Notes under the pieces: model-generated | What the model saw: only the letters and a program-made list of their open reading frames with translations | Databases searched by the model: none | Told to the model about the DNA's origin: nothing | Shown: positions 59,650-64,000 of the stretch, one piece after another | Position numbering within the stretch: the first letter of the stretch is position 1 | Layout of the letters: the number at the start of each line of letters is the position of its first letter | Translations under genes and position numbers: made by a program | Source: Nemertoderma westbladi | Taxonomy: Eukaryota > Animalia > Xenacoelomorpha | Assembly: GCA_032718475.1 (NCBI GenBank) | Contig: JAUCBJ010008939.1 | Span: 22,061 to 86,060, forward strand | DNA: 64,000 bases | Direction of reading: 5' to 3'

Positions 59650-62600
59650 TCACATAGCGCATATGATCATATAGTCACATATGATGTTACTTACCTTATT
59701 TTGAATAACATTGTGCACACTCGTTCTTTCTTCGGGCTTTCTCACCTGAATTCTCTTGGGAGACGTAGGAGGAGTTTTTCTTACCTGTTCTCTCCTGTCA
59801 TTGGTTCGAGACTTGAATTTACTTACCTGGTCTTTAGGCGTTTTATTGACATAATAAGATCTTTCAGTGTCTTTCCCGCTATCCTCTCCTTGAGAAGTCT
59901 GGCTTTCGCCGTCGTCTGTATAACACACTGGTGTTACCTTTCTCCTAGAGACGGGTTTCTCACTGACCTTGTTTTCCGGTGTCTTCTCTCTGGATTGCTT
60001 GATGAGCTGTAATTTCACTTCGCCATCCAAGAATGTCATGAGATCAGCCATGGTAGGGTCTCGTTGTTGTTGTTCCATCATATATAACACTTCTCTATAC
60101 ACATCTATAACTATAACACATCTCCTGAATCTCATCGGAAAACTCTATAATCCCGCTGCTAATAAACTTTCGGGGCGCTACCAACTTTGCATACAAATAC
60201 CCAGCTATGTTATTCCTATTACCATACCTGAAGTTTAGGGTATCCCAAACTTGCCTTAATCCGTCTGGATGTCCAATAAACTTTAACGCCATTAACTTGG
60301 GAGATCCTTCCAAGCACTCGATGAGGAATCTAAGTTTCTCTCCATTAGATAGTACAGAGTTCTGTATGTTATCTTTGTAATATTCATTAAAAGGTAACCA
60401 TTTCATCTCATCTCCATTGAACTTGACGATCTCTCCCACCTTTACCGCTTGCCGGGCTTCGGTTCTAGCCATTTGACGCGTAAAACTTTCTTGGGCCATC
60501 GTGTTATTCAATATCGAGTTATCGGTATATAAATTTCTCGGATTATGATCAGGTCTATAGGGAATATCATTATCAACAGGTCTATAATTACCCTTAATAG
60601 GGTTCACTATAGGGGTTTCTACTTCGCTAGCAGTATATATGCGTGTAGGCTCCACACCTTGCGCATGAAATACTTCAGACCTAACGGGTTGACATATTGT
60701 TACCGGGGGTGGTGGTATACCCTTTTGTAAATTTACTAATTTATCGCGTTCTAGCGCGATACTTTGCTGCACTTCTTGCAACTCTAACCTACTTTCCTTT
60801 ACGGTTCCCTTTAACTGTTGAACAGTCCCTTCTAACTCTCGGACCTGTTGGGAGGAGCGCACTCGATTCTCCTCGATCTTTCCGAGGAGAATATCCATCC
60901 CCCGCCGTCTCTCGTCTACCCAATCAACCGCCAAAGCGGGATCCGCCAACGTCGTAGCGGGCAGACGAGGGACTACGGGCGATATATCCTTTATATTTCG
61001 CTCGGAGTCCAGGACCGACACTGTTTCAGGGGCTGTTCCTCTAGGCACAGATAATTTGGTGCTGTGTAAAGGGAATTTAAAGGTAGGTTCTGGGAGTACA
61101 GGTGTCTCTATCACCGAAGGGGTGATTTCAAAAACAGGCCTAATTATTTCAGGCTCATCTACTATAGTAGGGAGTCTTTCTATTTTAATTATTTGGTCTG
61201 TGGGTTCTGTACTACCTAAATTTGTGTTATTTAGTTGCCTTCGAACAGCTGGGGGCAAATCAGGCAATTTCTGACGGTGGGACATTCTTTTACGTCTGCT
61301 TAGGCGAGATCGATTTCCTCCACCTTCATGATCTGTGGTATCGCCTTCCTCAGATGATGTATAACCTTGCCTTTTGGGAGTAGATCGATTCGCATATTAC
61401 TAGCTGTTAACTGTTTATTAAAGTTGTCTTGCCTCTCTTGAAGATTTTCCAACTCTAGTTGGGCAGTCTCCTCAGACGCCTTTCGTTCTGCTTCTGCCAC
61501 TGCAGCTGCCATAGCCGCTTTTCTTTCTGCTTCTGCCACTGCAGCTGCCAAAGCCGCTTTTCTTTCTGCTTCTGCCACTGCTGCCTTTCTTTCTGCTTCT
61601 GCCACTGCTGCTGCCGCTGCTGCTATCTTTCTGTCTTCTATACGTTTTTTCTTTACTTGTTCTTCTTGAACCTTAGTGAGGCGGATGCTTTCATCAAATT
61701 TAGCTTGGTTCGCAGCTCTCATATCCACATCGATGGCGTCCAACACACGCTGGGCTCCTTCACTATTAGGGCTAAGTCCCTCTAGCCTTCTCCTCAGCTC
61801 TTCATCACCTACAAAACGTTGATAGTCCGACAGATAGATGTCAATAGCATCCCTCTTATGCGGTTTCTCTGCTGTCGCTTCACTCTCCACTTGGGAAAAT
61901 GTAGCGTCTGTTGATTCTCCATGGGTTGAGCGCTCATCTAGCTGGGCTTTCCACTGAGCCGTTCCTTGAACCTGGAGACTCACCTTTTGAAACCAAGTCT
62001 TTACAGCAACTTGCAACGACGTGTCTTGTCTTCTTTTAGAAGCCTCCTCAAAGGCTGATAAGATTAGCCTGATTCGTAGAATTCTTTCTCTAACTTGATA
62101 AAGCAGTTGTCCCTGCTCTTGAGGTCCTTGGGGTTGTTGAAACAGTTGTTTTTCTAATCGCTCCATAGAGCTTACGAATCCCTGTACGTATCCGGCTGCG
62201 GACCTCTTCTACACAGCTGGATCGACGGTTTCCTTGGTTACTCCCATCCTGTGTATATCTTCCCAGGCAGCTTCTGATAAATCAAACGGGAGTCCGGGTC
62301 CGGGGAAGTTCCATTGCGACTCGACAATAGACTTCAGTTCTTCCCTTGTATATCCCGCATAACTATCTTTAGTCGATCGCTTACTTCTCGCCCAATCGAT
62401 CTGGTGTTCTTCCACCGCAATCAATAACCTAGTGAGTACGGCTGCAGGAAGGATGAGAAGGGGATCCGAATAAACCGCATCCGTCATCTTTGCTCCGCGC
62501 TCGGGTGTCAGCTCTACAGTATCCTCACTACTGGAGCTGTCGGGCCGTTGAGAAATAAGTTCTTGGCTCGCGGGTTGTTGTTGTTCCGCTGCTTCTTGGT

Positions 62601-62802
62601 CCCGCTTGACCTGAGCTCGAGTGCCTATGATAGACCTACGGTGTTGGACCAGCCTAGGTTCTGATATTACTACTGGAGGAATTATCTTTCTTACAGTAGG
62701 AGGTGAGTTGAACTTCGGTCCTACACGTTCCACACTCCTGTCTGGGTCACATATGGTTGTATCTAAGAGACTGTCTGACAGGTTTTGCTTTGTGTCAGAC
62801 AT
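59650..62802 (-). pseudogene. Disrupted gag of copy 2
   Basis: Four fragments homologous to copy 1 gag (14818-18430), with stops, frameshifts and a deletion near 60100. Confidence 0.9.
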
Positions 62803-64000
62803 GTTGGTTTGTACAGTTGAATGCCTACTGCTATATTACAGTTTAAGCAAGTCTAGTAATTCAGTATCACTGTTAGCCTAGTAATTAATTACCGATACTG
62901 CTACTCAGTGTAGCGTGATATATATATAATATATTAGAATACCGGTATGCTTATAGTATATATATAAGTATTATTACAGACTAGGTTTGTCACAGGATAC
63001 CGGTATATAATTTTAGCACAAATATATATAAATATATAATAGGCCTATCGTGAATACCGGTATACAGCTTACACTTATAGTATATATAAGTATAATTATG
63101 GACTAGAATTAATTACAGAATACCGGTATAATTGCCGCCTAAATTTATAGAAATAAATATAATAAGCCTATTGTAAATACCGGTATATCAATTATTTTAG
63201 AATAATTGAATTTCTGAATTTTAAGGGTTACTTGGTTACTTTAACTTACTTTATTATCGTTATTTAAGCAATAGTCCAACTGATATTGAGACCTAATTGT
63301 TGTATGGCAGGTCTACTATTTATAAATCGTTTGAGTTGATTTATAATATATATATACCCGTTAAAATGGGTTTTGTCAATATTTGAAATAAATGTTATTA
63401 TTTCTGGGGAAGTCACTACACAGAAGCTGTACGCTCTCAGTGGAGTGCTACTTGTTGGACACTAAAACAAATAATTCTAATTTACCTAAGTTACTTAATA
63501 CTACAAATTACGTACAATTCGGGTTGAGATTACAATCTCTAAATAAACACAAAAAAATTACAAATACACAAATACGAATTTTTAGGGTAATTTTACAAGA
63601 AGTCTACAAACCAGCCTAACAAAGGGTTAGAAATCTGGTTATTACAACGGACAGAGTACTACGGTATTTGAAAATAATAAGTAGTAGTAAATATACTGCG
63701 TTGTCCAGATAGAAAAATACCACCGTCTGACGACTTATAGCCGTATCGCTATAAGTACTACGTTATGTATCACGGAGTGTTCCTACCTAGAAGTTAATTA
63801 CCGCGATCTACCAGAACCAACGTGCCTATTAACCACTTTATAACGCAAATATACTGCCTACACACTAATTGCCTTCAGAAAGCACTGTACACTAAACCCT
63901 AAATTAGGTACAAGTACTTATACAACAAATAATTAGTAGTTAAAATACTTGAACAGCTAAAAGAACCACGGTATCTGCCGGAGTGACCGAAGCACAAAAT

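Larger units (their letters stand above)
47442..64000 (-). mobile_element. BEL/Pao LTR retrotransposon copy 2 (same family, diverged); 5' LTR lies beyond the window
   Basis: Colinear with copy 1 across the LTR, accessory ORF remnant, spacer, pol, gag and 5' leader. Left flank ACGAG is the predicted TSD. Confidence 0.95.

Overview
Eukaryotic (invertebrate animal-like, AT-rich) genomic window dominated by nested mobile DNA. (1) A complete 18.1-kb BEL/Pao LTR retrotransposon (3453-21542, minus strand, ~1.19-kb TG...CA LTRs, 5-bp TSD ATTTA). Its gag-pol is decayed. It carries a ~1314-codon zinc-finger accessory ORF, with no envelope features, between pol and the 3' LTR, and it has no recognisable tRNA primer-binding site. 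(2) This element inserted into an older virus-like two-gene cassette: an ORF resembling the N-terminal part of Polinton-type protein-primed PolB, followed by a frameshifted ORF bearing the three catalytic motifs of Rep_trans (pT181-type) rolling-circle initiators, then a 41-bp tandem array. (3) A second, diverged copy of the same BEL/Pao family (47442 to beyond the window end) has an intact pol, a deleted accessory ORF and a nested non-LTR retrotransposon (18-bp TSD). (4) Host genes: single-exon TAF7 and KAT8/MOF, plus a multi-exon coiled-coil gene with a 42-bp coding minisatellite. (5) Minisatellites, MITE-like TIR elements and a tRNA-derived SINE. Family assignments come from motif recognition by eye; no database search was run.
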